A stretch of 23,941 bases of DNA from NCBI GenBank assembly GCA_963806035.1, contig CAWDWO010000015.1, positions 1 through 23,941 of the forward strand. Direction: 5' to 3'. This stretch comes from Candidatus Krumholzibacteriota bacterium. Its GTDB lineage: Bacteria; Krumholzibacteriota; Krumholzibacteriia; JAJRXK01. Shown piece by piece: positions 13,856 through 23,941 of this stretch (position 1 is its first letter; every line of letters begins with the position of its first letter). The notes beneath the pieces are model-generated. The model searched no databases and was not told where the DNA came from. It saw only the letters and a program-made list of their open reading frames with translations. Position numbers and translations under genes: made by a program.

Positions 13856-15323
13856 ATGGAGCAGAAAATGATTCGAGCAATCTTCGTGGCCGATCGCCTG
13901 CGTGATCCTCTTGGCCTCCTTGCCGGCCGCAGGCCAGCCGGTGAGCATCGAGTCGGAGATCGCAGCCGTGGAGACCCGCATAGCCGTCGCCATGGGAGCT
14001 CACTTGGACCTCATCGCGCCGAAGGCCTTCGATGAGGCGCAAAGCAACTTGGCCGATGCCAAGGAACGGTTCAAGAAGGGTGGCAGGATCGAGGATATCC
14101 GCGCCAAGCTGACTCAAGCTGGAGCGAAGCTGGACAAGGCCGATCAGCTCGAGGAGGTGGGCGACCTCATGCTCAAGGACGCGCTGACCGCCCTTGCGGC
14201 CGCCGTCGACGCCAACGCGCCGCAATTCGCTCGCAAGGAGTGGGACGACGCCAGGAAGATCATGCGAGACGCCGGTCACGAAATAGAGAAGGGTGACCAG
14301 AATCAGGCCCGCAGTAAGGCCAGCGAGGCAGCCGGGCTGTTTCGCGTCGCCGAATTGCAGGCGATCCGGACCGACCTGCTCGGCCAGGCCAACAAGACGC
14401 GTGCGAGCGCTCTTGACGCCGACGCCGACGATCGGGCGCCGAAGACCTTCACCAAGGCCGATCGCGAACTGCAGGGCGCCGAGCAGACCCTGAAAGGCGA
14501 CCGTTACCAGCAGGACAAAGCGGCGGATCTGGCCCGCCAGGCTGCGCTCGATTTCGAACATGCCAGGCTGATCGCCAAGGAAGTGGATGCGATCGGCGAG
14601 AAGAAAAATGGCGAGGTCGAGAAATTGATCCTCGCAAATGAAAGTGCGCTCGGTGAGGTCGCCACGATCCTGGCGGTCGGCGCCGACTTCAGCCAGGGAT
14701 TCGGGCCGGTCGCAAAGTCCGTGGGGAGTGCGGCGAGCAGTCTGCTCGCTGATCGCGCCGACCTTCAGGCCCAGTTGCTGGACCGCGAGCGCCGTCTGGC
14801 GACGACCCGCGCCACGATCGACTCCCTGGACACCACGCTGGCGGGGCTGGAGAACCGGGCGCGCTCGACGGACCTGGCCCTGGCAGCCAAAGAGAAGCGG
14901 AGCAGCGATTTGAGGTCGGTGGAGAATCTCTTTGGCAGCAACGAGGCCACGGTCCTGCTGCAGGGAGACAACCTGATCATCCGTCTCTACGGGCTGTCCT
15001 TCGAGAGTGGATCCTCGGTGATCGAGCCGCAGAACTTCCAACTCTTGACCAAGCTGCAGAGTGCGTTGCGCACGTTCCCGGGGGCACCCGTGAACATCGA
15101 GGGACACTCCGACTCGGTGGGAGACGAACAGTACAACCAGGCGCTGAGCTTGAAACGCGCGGAGGCTGTCCGCAGCTACCTGGTCGCCAACATGCTCGGG
15201 GACGAGGCGCGCCTAAAGGCCGCCGGTTTCGGTGCGACCGTGCCGTTAGCCAGCAACGAGACGGCCGAGGGCCGCGCTAAGAACCGCCGCATCGACGTGA
15301 GGATCGACACCGCGGTCCGGTGA
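13856..15323 (+). CDS. OmpA-family peptidoglycan-binding protein with a long helical N-terminus; +1 frameshift in the signal-peptide region at ~13890
   Basis: C-terminal FESGSS, IEGHSDSVG, NQALSLKRAEAVRSYL, GRAKNRRIDV. The intact ORF begins at GTG 13902. Removing one C at 13890-13891 joins RBS-led MEQKMIRAIFV to AIACVILLASLPAAGQ. Confidence 0.85.
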
Positions 15324-15475
15324 GCGGGCTTGCAGTTGCACTCTTGATTCTCTCGTTGATGGGCCTGGTCACGTCCTTCACGACTCACGGATTTATCCGC
15401 GTGCTGCTCGTCATCGTCGACGGGGTCGGGTGGCTTTCACCCAATGAGCGGGGAGAAATTCGTGAAGCCGGCTGA
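15320..15475 (+). CDS. Small lmo0937-like membrane protein (51 aa; possibly degenerate)
   Basis: The GTG overlapping the OmpA stop gives MSGLAVALLILSLMGLVTSFTTHGFIRVLLVIVDGVGWLSPNERGEIREAG*, resembling the lmo0937 consensus IAVILLILWLLGLVTSYT-GGFIHILLVIA. Confidence 0.55.
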   Translation: MSGLAVALLILSLMGLVTSFTTHGFIRVLLVIVDGVGWLSPNERGEIREAG

Positions 15476-16670
15476 CCCACGCATCCTGACGATCAACGGC
15501 GGCTCGTCGAGTATCAAGTTTGCGCTGTTCGAGGCGGGTGAATCGCTGCGACCGGTTCTGCGGGGCGGGATCGAGCGGATTGGAGAGCCGGAGGCCATCT
15601 TGCGTGTGAAGGGTGGCAGCCGAGAGGAAGATGTCTCACGATCGATCGCGGCGCCGGATCACACTCAGGCGGTCGGCGCCCTGATGGATTGGATCGAGGA
15701 GCACCACGGCCGTAAGCCGTTGGTCGCCATCGGGCACCGGATCGTGCATGGCGGACCGAAGTACAGCAAGTCGCAGCGAATCAGCGCGGAGATGGTCGAG
15801 GAGTTGCGCCGGCTCAGTTCATTCGATCCCGACCACCTGCCTGCGGAAATCCTGCTGATCGCGACATGTCATCAGCGGTTTCCGCAACTGCCCCAGGTGG
15901 CGTGCTTGGACACGGCGTTTCACCGCGACCTCCCGCAGGTCGCCCGACTGCTGCCGATTCCGCGCCGTTACGAAGCGCAGGGCGTGCGGCGGTACGGATT
16001 TCACGGATTGTCGTATGCGTTTCTGATGGAAGAACTGAAACGTCTGGCCGGTCCCGAAGCAGCACAGGGCCGTGTCGTCCTCGCCCACCTCGGCAATGGC
16101 GCGAGCCTGGCCGCGGTACGCGACGGCAAATCCCTGGACACGAGTATGGGCTTCACGCCGACAGCCGGCTTGCCGATGAGTACCCGATCCGGCGATCTCG
16201 ATCCCGGATTGATTTGGTATCTGGCGCGCACCGAAAACATGAGCCCCAAACAATTCAATGAGCTGGTCAATTTTCAGTCCGGGCTGCTCGGGATATCGGA
16301 AACCAGCTCCGACATGCGCGAATTGCTCGAACGTGAAGTTGACGACGTGCGGGCGGCCGAAGCGGTAGCACTGTTCTGCTACCAGGTGAAGAAATGGATC
16401 GGCGCATTTGCGGCGGCTCTCGGCGGGTTGGACACCTTGGTGTTCGCAGGCGGCATCGGGGAGAACGCGCCCACGGTTCGGGCTCGGATTTGCGCCGGGC
16501 TGGAATTCCTCGGGCTCGAGCTCGACATGAAACGAAACGCGGCACATGCAGGCGTGATTTCCACGCCAGCCAGCCCAGTTGTGGCCCGCGTGATTCATAC
16601 GGACGAAGAACAGATAATCGCCAAGACGGTGTGTCGGGTTCTCGGCCTTGGCGGGAAGACGGAGAGTTGA
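15462..16670 (+). CDS. ackA: Acetate/propionate kinase
   Basis: ILTINGGSSSIKF, GHRIVHGG, DTAFH, RRYGFHGLSY, HLGNGAS, DTSMGFTP, FAGGIGEN, TDEE; GGAG RBS before GTG 15462 (the ORF track starts at 15444). Confidence 0.96.
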   Translation: MKPADPRILTINGGSSSIKFALFEAGESLRPVLRGGIERIGEPEAILRVKGGSREEDVSRSIAAPDHTQAVGALMDWIEEHHGRKPLVAIGHRIVHGGPKYSKSQRISAEMVEELRRLSSFDPDHLPAEILLIATCHQRFPQLPQVACLDTAFHRDLPQVARLLPIPRRYEAQGVRRYGFHGLSYAFLMEELKRLAGPEAAQGRVVLAHLGNGASLAAVRDGKSLDTSMGFTPTAGLPMSTRSGDLDPGLIWYLARTENMSPKQFNELVNFQSGLLGISETSSDMRELLEREVDDVRAAEAVALFCYQVKKWIGAFAAALGGLDTLVFAGGIGENAPTVRARICAGLEFLGLELDMKRNAAHAGVISTPASPVVARVIHTDEEQIIAKTVCRVLGLGGKTES

Positions 16671-16673
16671 GCC

Positions 16674-19043
16674 ATGAAGAAAGAAGCCCTCGCCCCAGAG
16701 ATGCTCAAAAGGATGGACGCCTACTGGCGCGCCGCAAATTACCTGTCGGTCGGCCAGATCTATCTCTGCGACAACCCGCTGCTGAAGCGGTCGCTAACGT
16801 TCGCGGATGTGAAGCGCATGCTGCTGGGGCACTGGGGCACGACCCCTGGGCAGAACTTCATCTACGTGCACCTCAACCGAGTCATCAAGAAATACGACCT
16901 GAACATGATTTACGTCTCGGGCCCCGGGCACGGCGGCCCGGCCGTGGTGGGCAACACCTACCTCGAGGGCACGTACAGCGAGGTTTATCCCGACATCAGC
17001 CGGAACGAGGCCGGGCTGCGCAAGCTCTTCAAGCAATTCTCTTTCCCCGGCGGCATACCGAGCCACGCTTCCCCGGAGTGCCCGGGCTCGATCCACGAAG
17101 GCGGCGAGCTTGGGTATTCGCTCAGCCATTCGTTTGGGGCCGTGTTCGACAATCCCGATCTCATCGTCGCCTGCGTCGTCGGCGATGGTGAGGCGGAAAC
17201 CGGGCCGCTAGCGACCTCGTGGCAATCCAACAAGTTTCTCGATGCCGTCACCGACGGCGCCGTGCTGCCAATCCTACACCTCAACGGCTACAAGATCGCC
17301 AACCCGACCATCCTCGCGCGCATCGAGCCGGAGGAACTGGACCAGTTGCTACGGGGCAACGGCTGGGCGCCCTATTATGTCGAGGGAGATGAACCGGCGC
17401 CGATGCACGAGGCCATGGCGGCGACGCTGGATGAAGCGGTGGAGGAGATCAAACGCATCCAACACCGAGCTCGGGTCGACGGCAACACCATGCGCCCGCG
17501 CTGGCCCGTGATCGTCCTCAAGTCTCCGAAGGGCTGGACTGGGCCGAGGTGGGTGAACGGCCTGCAGATTGAAGGGACGTTTCGCGCGCATCAGATTCCA
17601 CTCGCCGTGGATAAGGCGCATCCCGAACACCTCGAGCGGCTGGAAGAGTGGCTCCAGAGCTACCGGCCGCAGGAGCTCTTCGACGAGCAGGGGAGTCTGA
17701 AACCGGAACTGGCCGAACTCGCGCCCACCGGTGACCGGCGCATGGGCGCGAATCCGCACGCCAATGGCGGCATTTTGCTGCGCGATCTGGTCATGCCGGA
17801 CTTTCGTGAGTACGCGGTGACAGTGCCTTCACCCGGCTCCGTTCGCGCGGCTGACACGCACGAACTCGGCGTGTTCCTGCGCGATGTGGCCAAGCTCAAT
17901 TGCGCGCAACGCAATTTTCGGATCTTCGGTCCCGACGAAACGCTTTCCAACCGCTTGAACGCCGTGTTTGAGGTCACCAACCGGCAATGGGAGGCACGGA
18001 CGCAGGGCAACGATGAATTCCTCGCCCGGGATGGCCAAGTCATGGAGATGTTGAGCGAGCATCAGTGCCAAGGCTGGCTGGAAGGGTATCTGCTCACCGG
18101 CCGGCACGGGCTGTTCAACTGCTACGAGGCGTTCATCCACATCATCGACTCGATGTTCAACCAGCACGCCAAGTGGCTCAAGGTCACGGCGCAGCTACCG
18201 TGGCGGCGAAAGATCGCGTCGCTCAACTACTTGCTGGCCTCCCACGTCTGGCAGCAGATGCACAATGGCTTCACCCATCAAGACCCGGGTTTCATCGACC
18301 ACGTGGTCAACAAGAAAGCCTCCGTCGTGCGTGTTTACCTGCCGCCGGATACCAACTGCCTGCTCTCGGTCTGGGATCACTGTCTGCGCAGCCGCCACTA
18401 CGTCAACGTTGTGATTGCCGGCAAGTATCAAGCACCCCAGTGGTTGACGATGGATGCCGCCGTCAAGCATTGCACCGCGGGCATCGGCATCTGGCAATGG
18501 GCCAGCAGCGACCAGACCGTGGCGCCCGACGTGGTCATGGCCTGTTGCGGCGACGTGCCCACGCTGGAGACGCTCGCCGCCGTTTCCATCATGCGCAAAC
18601 ATCTGCCCGACCTGAAAATTCGTGTAGTCAACGTCGTGGATTTGATGAAGCTGGAACCGCAGAGCGAACACCCGCATGGGTTGAGCGATGAGGCTTTCGA
18701 TGCGCTCTTTACCAAGGACAAGCCGGTCATCTTCGCTTTCCATGGGTATCCATGGTTGATCCACCGGCTGACCTATCGTCGCACCAACCACGACAACATC
18801 CACGTCCGCGGCTACAAGGAAGAGGGCACGATCACTACCCCCTTCGACATGACGGTGCTGAACGATCTGGATCGCTTCCACCTCGTGATGGACGTCATCG
18901 ACCGCCTGCCGCAGACCGGGAAGCAAGGCATCGGCCTGAAGCAGCAACTCAATGACAAGCTCGGCGAGCACAAGCAGTACATCGACATGAACGGTGAGGA
19001 CATGCCGGAAATTCGGGACTGGAAGTGGAGAGATTCCAGATGA
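16674..19043 (+). CDS. xfp: Xylulose-5-phosphate/fructose-6-phosphate phosphoketolase
   Basis: [33 protein letters not shown] motif [14 protein letters not shown]...[22 protein letters not shown]. Confidence 0.98.
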   Translation: MKKEALAPEMLKRMDAYWRAANYLSVGQIYLCDNPLLKRSLTFADVKRMLLGHWGTTPGQNFIYVHLNRVIKKYDLNMIYVSGPGHGGPAVVGNTYLEGTYSEVYPDISRNEAGLRKLFKQFSFPGGIPSHASPECPGSIHEGGELGYSLSHSFGAVFDNPDLIVACVVGDGEAETGPLATSWQSNKFLDAVTDGAVLPILHLNGYKIANPTILARIEPEELDQLLRGNGWAPYYVEGDEPAPMHEAMAATLDEAVEEIKRIQHRARVDGNTMRPRWPVIVLKSPKGWTGPRWVNGLQIEGTFRAHQIPLAVDKAHPEHLERLEEWLQSYRPQELFDEQGSLKPELAELAPTGDRRMGANPHANGGILLRDLVMPDFREYAVTVPSPGSVRAADTHELGVFLRDVAKLNCAQRNFRIFGPDETLSNRLNAVFEVTNRQWEARTQGNDEFLARDGQVMEMLSEHQCQGWLEGYLLTGRHGLFNCYEAFIHIIDSMFNQHAKWLKVTAQLPWRRKIASLNYLLASHVWQQMHNGFTHQDPGFIDHVVNKKASVVRVYLPPDTNCLLSVWDHCLRSRHYVNVVIAGKYQAPQWLTMDAAVKHCTAGIGIWQWASSDQTVAPDVVMACCGDVPTLETLAAVSIMRKHLPDLKIRVVNVVDLMKLEPQSEHPHGLSDEAFDALFTKDKPVIFAFHGYPWLIHRLTYRRTNHDNIHVRGYKEEGTITTPFDMTVLNDLDRFHLVMDVIDRLPQTGKQGIGLKQQLNDKLGEHKQYIDMNGEDMPEIRDWKWRDSR

Positions 19044-22000
19044 AGGTGCCATCTTCCCGCCGGTTCGCAGGGCTGGACAGAAGACGGCATGGGTTGAGGA
19101 ACCGACTCCGCAGGATGTTCCATGGGTTTGGCGGGACGCGCAGTCTGCTTACCTCCGCCAGCCTCTCCGGCTGGGCGGCGAATCTGTACCGGTCCGACGC
19201 TACCGATTCGCCACTGCACGATGCGGTCTTCACGGTCGAGCAACTGGAACTGCACGCCCGAACGCTGGCTGCTTGCCAAGTGCTGGGCCGGCGGCGCGGC
19301 GATGATCAACTGCTCAAGCGCCTGGGCGACTCGGAGCGTGTCATCGATCGCTGCCACCTCTTGCTGTCCAAGGCGCATGCAGCCGGACGGCGAATGGCTC
19401 CGGCCACCGAATGGCTGTTGGACAACCGCGGGGTCATCGAGGAACAAATCTCCCTGGCGCGGGAGCACTTCCCTCGCGGCTACAGCCGTGAACTGCCGCG
19501 GTTGGAGAGTGGCACGTCGGCGGGTCTGCCACGGATTTACGAGATCATCCTGGAGTTCATTGCGCACGTCGACGGGCGCGTTGACGAGGAAGCCCTGGCC
19601 CGGTACACAGCGGCTTACCAGTCGGTTACTCCCCTGACCCTGGGGGAACTCTGGTCGGTCGCCATTATGCTGCGGTTGTCCCTCGTCGAGAACCTTCGCC
19701 GTGTCGCCGTGAGCATGAGTTGGCAGAGGGAGCACCGGGACCGCGCCCTCGCCTGGGCGCAGCGGATCGACGCCACCCCGGACAAGCAAGACGGCGCCTT
19801 CCTGGCGCTGGCGGACATGGTCCGCGAAGATCCGCCTCTGTCGGCGGCGTTTGTCGCCCAGTTCGCGCAAGCCCTCGAGGGGCGCGGTGCAACTACGACC
19901 CTCGTGCTGGCGTGGCTCGAGCAGCGACTGGCCGACCGGGGACAGACGATCGAGGGGGCCATTCGTGCCGATAGCCATATCCAGGCGGCAGCCCACACGT
20001 CGATGGCCAACACCATATCGAGCCTGCGGCTTGTCAACGCCACCGAGTGGTTTGAGTTCGTGGAGTCGAATAGCACCACCGAGAAAATTCTGCGCGACGA
20101 ACCGGCGGGCGTTTATGACCGGATGGATTTCGCAACTCGCGACGAGTACCGGCACGTCGTGGAGGCGATGGCGCGGCGGTTTCACCTCGACGAGAATGTG
20201 GTGGCTCGCACGGCGGTGGCGCTCGCCACCACGTTCTGGGCCGCGCAAAGCGACGGGGTGGCGGCCCACGTGGGCTATCTGCTCATCGATGACGGGAAGC
20301 GGCATCTCGAGCGGGCGTTGCGCGGCCAAAAGGCGGCGCGGCTGTTCCCGCAGCCTCTGCTGCGGAAGCTGAAGCTCGTCGCTTACCTCGGACCGGTCGC
20401 GGTGCTCTCGGTCATCGGCGTTCTGTTACTGGCTACGCAGTTTCGGGGGGCTACCGGTCTAGCGTGGCCCGTTCTGGCGTCTTGCGCGGCCCTGGCAGTA
20501 TCCCAGTTTGCTCTCGCGGTCGTGAACTGGCTCAACTCGATCCTTCGCAGCCCGCGGGCCCTGCCCCGAATGGACTTCGAGCACGGGATTCCCGACGACT
20601 GTCGCACGATGGTCGTCGTGCCGACCCTCCTGACGGAACCCGAGCGTATCCGCGTGATGCTGGAAAGGCTGGAGCGTCGCTACCTGGCGAACCGCGACCC
20701 GAACCTGTGGTTCGCGCTGCTGAGCGATTTCAGCGATGCCGACCAGGAGCACGTCGACGACGATGACACGCTACTCGCGTTGGCCACCGTCGGCATCGAG
20801 GAGTTGAACACGAAGTATGGAAACGGTGCACACGGACGCTTCTTTCTGTTCCACCGGCCCAGGATTTACAACGCGCAGGAAGGCTGTTGGATGGGCCACG
20901 AGCGCAAGCGGGGCAAGCTCGAGGATTTCAACGCGCTGCTGTGCGGCGTCGATCAAGAGCGCTTCAGCCGGGTTGTGGGTGACCTGTCCCAAACCAACAC
21001 GGTCCACTATGTCATCACGTTGGACACCGACACCGACCTGCCTTGGGGTACGGGATGGCGGCTGGTGGGCGCCGCCGCGCACCCGCTGAATCGTCCGAGG
21101 ATGGATGCTGGTGCCCGGCGCCTGGTCCGTGGCTACGCGATCCTCCAGCCGCGTGTCAGTATCTCGTGGCGCAGCGCCGCGCAGAGCCGCTATTCGCGGC
21201 TCATGTCCGGAGACGTGGGTTTCGATCCGTACACCCGCCTGGTCTCGGACCTGTACCAGGATCTATTCAAGGAAACATCCTTCATTGGCAAGGGCATCTA
21301 CGACGTGGGCGCCTTCCGCCAGTTGCTCCACGGCCGCTTCCCTGACAACGCGGTGCTGAGTCACGACCTGCTCGAGTCGTGCTATGCGCGCTCGGGCCAG
21401 TGCAGCGATGTCGAGCTGCTCGAGGACGCGCCCTCCGGATACCTGACCGATGTCAGTCGCCGTCACCGGTGGATGCGCGGCGACTGGCAGATCGCCCCGT
21501 GGCTGGGATTGAGGGTCGGGGATGCCCAAGGCCGCCGGATCCGCCCGTCGATCACTATGCTGGGCTGGTGGAAGGTATTCGACAACCTGCGGCGGTCGCT
21601 TGTGGCGCCCGCTTATGCGGTACTTCTCGCGCTGGGTTGGCTGGTGCTGCCGGCACTTCGGCTATGGACACTGGCCGTGCTCGCGTTGCTATTCGTCCCC
21701 GATTTGCTGCCGAGCTTGGCCGAGCTCACGCACCGTCCGCCGAAACTGCCACTGGCGTTGCACCTGTCCACCGTCGTCCAGTCGACGGCTCGTCGCCTGG
21801 CAAAGAGCGCGCTGTGGCTGACGTTTCTCCCCTTCGAAGCAGTCATCGCCGTCGATGCCGCCGCACGCTCGTTGTGGCGGGTCATCTATAGCCGGCAGAG
21901 CATGCTCGAGTGGAGAACGGCAGCGGCGGCCGAGAACGACGCGGCGGCGAGCCTAGACCAGATCGCTCGCCGCATGTGGATGGTCCCGGGCTTTGCCGTG

Positions 22001-23941
22001 GTGATCGCGGCACTGTTGATCATGAAGGGCGCGCCAGGGGCCGCCTCGTCCGCGAGCCCGATCCTCCTGCTGTGGTTCTTGTCTCCGCTGGTGGCCTGGT
22101 GGGTCAGCCTTCCGCTGCGGTCCAGTTCGACGCGACTCGCCGACGGGGACGCGCAGTTCCTGCGTCGGATTGCTCGGCGCACCTGGCGGTACTTCGAGGT
22201 ATTCGTCGGGCCGCAGGAGAATTGGCTGGCTCCCGACAACTTCCAGGAACAGCCGAGGCACTGCGTGGCCCACCGGACCAGCCCGACGGACATGGGCCTG
22301 GCGCTGCTGTCCAATCTGTCCGCGTATGACTTCGGGTACCTGAGCGTCGGGCAGTTGCTGGACCGCACCGCCAACACGATCGATTCGATGGAGCGGTTGG
22401 AACGCTATCGCGGACATTTCTTCAACTGGTACGACACCATCACCCGCAAGGCCCTGCCACCCCTCTACGTTTCCACGGTCGATAGCGGCAACCTCGTCGG
22501 ACACGTCCGGGTGCTGCGCAGCGGGCTTTTGGAACTGCCCGATGCCCCGGTCTTGCCACCGGCGACCTTGGATGGGCTACGCGACACGATTCAGGAGTTG
22601 GCCGAGCAGGCCGGCCAAAGCGAGGTCCTAAAGTCCATCACCGGGCGTCTGCAGGACTGTCCTGATTCTCTTACCGCCCGGGTTGCGTGGCTGACCGATC
22701 TCAGGGCCGCGGCCACGGCGCTCGTCAGGTCTTTCGATCGGCAGCAGGATCCCGAGGCCGCTTGGTGGGCGAACGCCTTCGACCGGCAGGTGCGATCGTT
22801 GTTGGCCGATCTTGGCGAGATCGCACCGTGGCTTGCGGCCGATGGGGCGAGCTTAAAGGACGTGCCGGTGCCCATATTGGCTGGCATCGAACGGGCACGC
22901 AGCCTGGTTGAGCTCGGCGACTTGGCTCATCAGGCGGCCGAAGCGCTGTCTGAGGCCCGGGCTACCGGCGCCAGGGATCGCCTCGCCGAGGCATTTCGCC
23001 AGGGTGCGAAGCACATCTCCGAGCGCATCCGCCAGGTCGATGCCCTGGCCCAGCGATGCTTGGGCCTGGCCAGTGCCGAGTTCCCCTTCCTTTACGACCC
23101 GCGCCGCAAGCTCCTGGCCATCGGGTACTGGACGATGGATCGCCGGCCGGATAGGAGCTCCTACGACCTCTTGGCGTCGGAAGCGCGGCTGGCGAGCTAC
23201 GTCGCCATCGCTTCCGGCCAACTCCCGTTCGACCACTGGTTCGCCCTCGGCCGGCGCCTGACAACTACGCATGGCAGGCCGGTGCTGTTGAGTTGGAGCG
23301 GCTCGATGTTCGAGTACCTGATGCCGCGCCTGGTGATGCCCCACTTCGCAGGAACGCTGCTGGACCAGACCTGCAACGGGGCCGTCGCCCGCCAGATCGA
23401 GTACGGCCGGCAGTGCAGGGTGCCCTGGGGAATCTCCGAATCGTGCTACAACGCCAAAGATGTCGAGGGTACCTACCGGTACCGGGCTTTCGGGGTCCCG
23501 GGACTTGGTCTGCAGCGCGGGCTGGGCGACGAAGTGGTGGTCGCGCCGTATGCTTCGGCCCTGGCCCTGCTGGTTGATCCGCAGCACGCAACTGAGAACC
23601 TGCGGCGCATGGTGGGGCGCGACTGGTTGGGCCCTTATGGCCTCTATGAAGCGATTGATTTCACGACCACCCGAGTCGATGAGGGCGAGCAGGAAGCCGT
23701 GGTCAAAGCGTTCTTCGCCCACCATCACGGGATGAGTTTGCTCGCGCTGGAGCAGGTCGTGCTCGGGCCGCAGATGCAGCGCCGGTTCCTCAGCAATCCC
23801 GATTTCCAGGCGGCGACACTGTTGCTGCAGGAGCGGATCCCGAAGACGAACGTGCTGATGTATCCGCACGTGCGCGAGGTTCAGGTTTCGCGCCGGGCGT
23901 CGAACCAGGCATCAAGGCCGATCACACGCTCATTCACCAAC
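19040..23941 (+). CDS. ndvB: Cyclic beta-1,2-glucan synthase (Cgs/NdvB/ChvB family), 3'-partial
   Basis: ATG overlaps the xfp TGA and the frame stays open to the window end, so the ORF track omits it. Motifs [61 protein letters not shown] (GT84), [43 protein letters not shown]. Confidence 0.93.
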   Translation, partial: MKVPSSRRFAGLDRRRHGLRNRLRRMFHGFGGTRSLLTSASLSGWAANLYRSDATDSPLHDAVFTVEQLELHARTLAACQVLGRRRGDDQLLKRLGDSERVIDRCHLLLSKAHAAGRRMAPATEWLLDNRGVIEEQISLAREHFPRGYSRELPRLESGTSAGLPRIYEIILEFIAHVDGRVDEEALARYTAAYQSVTPLTLGELWSVAIMLRLSLVENLRRVAVSMSWQREHRDRALAWAQRIDATPDKQDGAFLALADMVREDPPLSAAFVAQFAQALEGRGATTTLVLAWLEQRLADRGQTIEGAIRADSHIQAAAHTSMANTISSLRLVNATEWFEFVESNSTTEKILRDEPAGVYDRMDFATRDEYRHVVEAMARRFHLDENVVARTAVALATTFWAAQSDGVAAHVGYLLIDDGKRHLERALRGQKAARLFPQPLLRKLKLVAYLGPVAVLSVIGVLLLATQFRGATGLAWPVLASCAALAVSQFALAVVNWLNSILRSPRALPRMDFEHGIPDDCRTMVVVPTLLTEPERIRVMLERLERRYLANRDPNLWFALLSDFSDADQEHVDDDDTLLALATVGIEELNTKYGNGAHGRFFLFHRPRIYNAQEGCWMGHERKRGKLEDFNALLCGVDQERFSRVVGDLSQTNTVHYVITLDTDTDLPWGTGWRLVGAAAHPLNRPRMDAGARRLVRGYAILQPRVSISWRSAAQSRYSRLMSGDVGFDPYTRLVSDLYQDLFKETSFIGKGIYDVGAFRQLLHGRFPDNAVLSHDLLESCYARSGQCSDVELLEDAPSGYLTDVSRRHRWMRGDWQIAPWLGLRVGDAQGRRIRPSITMLGWWKVFDNLRRSLVAPAYAVLLALGWLVLPALRLWTLAVLALLFVPDLLPSLAELTHRPPKLPLALHLSTVVQSTARRLAKSALWLTFLPFEAVIAVDAAARSLWRVIYSRQSMLEWRTAAAAENDAAASLDQIARRMWMVPGFAVVIAALLIMKGAPGAASSASPILLLWFLSPLVAWWVSLPLRSSSTRLADGDAQFLRRIARRTWRYFEVFVGPQENWLAPDNFQEQPRHCVAHRTSPTDMGLALLSNLSAYDFGYLSVGQLLDRTANTIDSMERLERYRGHFFNWYDTITRKALPPLYVSTVDSGNLVGHVRVLRSGLLELPDAPVLPPATLDGLRDTIQELAEQAGQSEVLKSITGRLQDCPDSLTARVAWLTDLRAAATALVRSFDRQQDPEAAWWANAFDRQVRSLLADLGEIAPWLAADGASLKDVPVPILAGIERARSLVELGDLAHQAAEALSEARATGARDRLAEAFRQGAKHISERIRQVDALAQRCLGLASAEFPFLYDPRRKLLAIGYWTMDRRPDRSSYDLLASEARLASYVAIASGQLPFDHWFALGRRLTTTHGRPVLLSWSGSMFEYLMPRLVMPHFAGTLLDQTCNGAVARQIEYGRQCRVPWGISESCYNAKDVEGTYRYRAFGVPGLGLQRGLGDEVVVAPYASALALLVDPQHATENLRRMVGRDWLGPYGLYEAIDFTTTRVDEGEQEAVVKAFFAHHHGMSLLALEQVVLGPQMQRRFLSNPDFQAATLLLQERIPKTNVLMYPHVREVQVSRRASNQASRPITRSFTN

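Noticed and set aside
13299..15107. 602-aa minus-strand ORF
   Set aside because: Antisense shadow of the OM-barrel and OmpA genes; no recognisable domain.
18812..23869. Many medium ORFs on both strands (e.g. 18812-20329 -, 22853-23869 -)
   Set aside because: All overlap the single open Cgs frame starting at 19040, which carries continuous family motifs.
1..23941. CRISPR arrays, tRNA/rRNA genes, transposases, integrases
   Set aside because: No regularly spaced direct repeats, RNA gene signatures or recombinase motifs were seen.

Overview
Bacterial genomic DNA, mostly high-GC. A FlgD-Ig/T9SS-like C-terminal domain remnant suggests an FCB-group lineage such as Krumholzibacteria, Latescibacteria or Eisenbacteria (inference). 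The window has two parts. (1) 1-5930 is a mosaic, visibly lower-GC accessory region: a frameshifted FlgD-Ig/CTD remnant head-to-head with a uracil-DNA-glycosylase-superfamily gene, a membrane protein, an apparently internally deleted secreted protein, a stand-alone cyclic-phosphate-processing receiver protein, and a kinase-like/GT4/radical-SAM cassette. (2) 5977-23941 looks like a self-contained sigma54 regulon around a XylR_N-V4R enhancer-binding protein. I read four -24/-12 promoters, each with an IHF-like site and paired ATCA-N3-TGA palindromes. They precede a small coiled-coil stress protein; a two-gene unit encoding a Gly-Gly-motif precursor (PA2779-like) and a C39-peptidase-TPR-POTRA-Omp85-barrel fusion; an Ig-DUF3494 ice-binding-type lipoprotein; and a long operon (glycine-zipper lipoprotein, OM beta-barrel, OmpA-family protein, small lmo0937-like membrane protein, ackA, phosphoketolase, and a cyclic beta-1,2-glucan synthase running off the window). 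The best candidate for an undescribed system is the C39-Omp85 fusion with its double-glycine partner. All family assignments come from motif recognition, not database searches.
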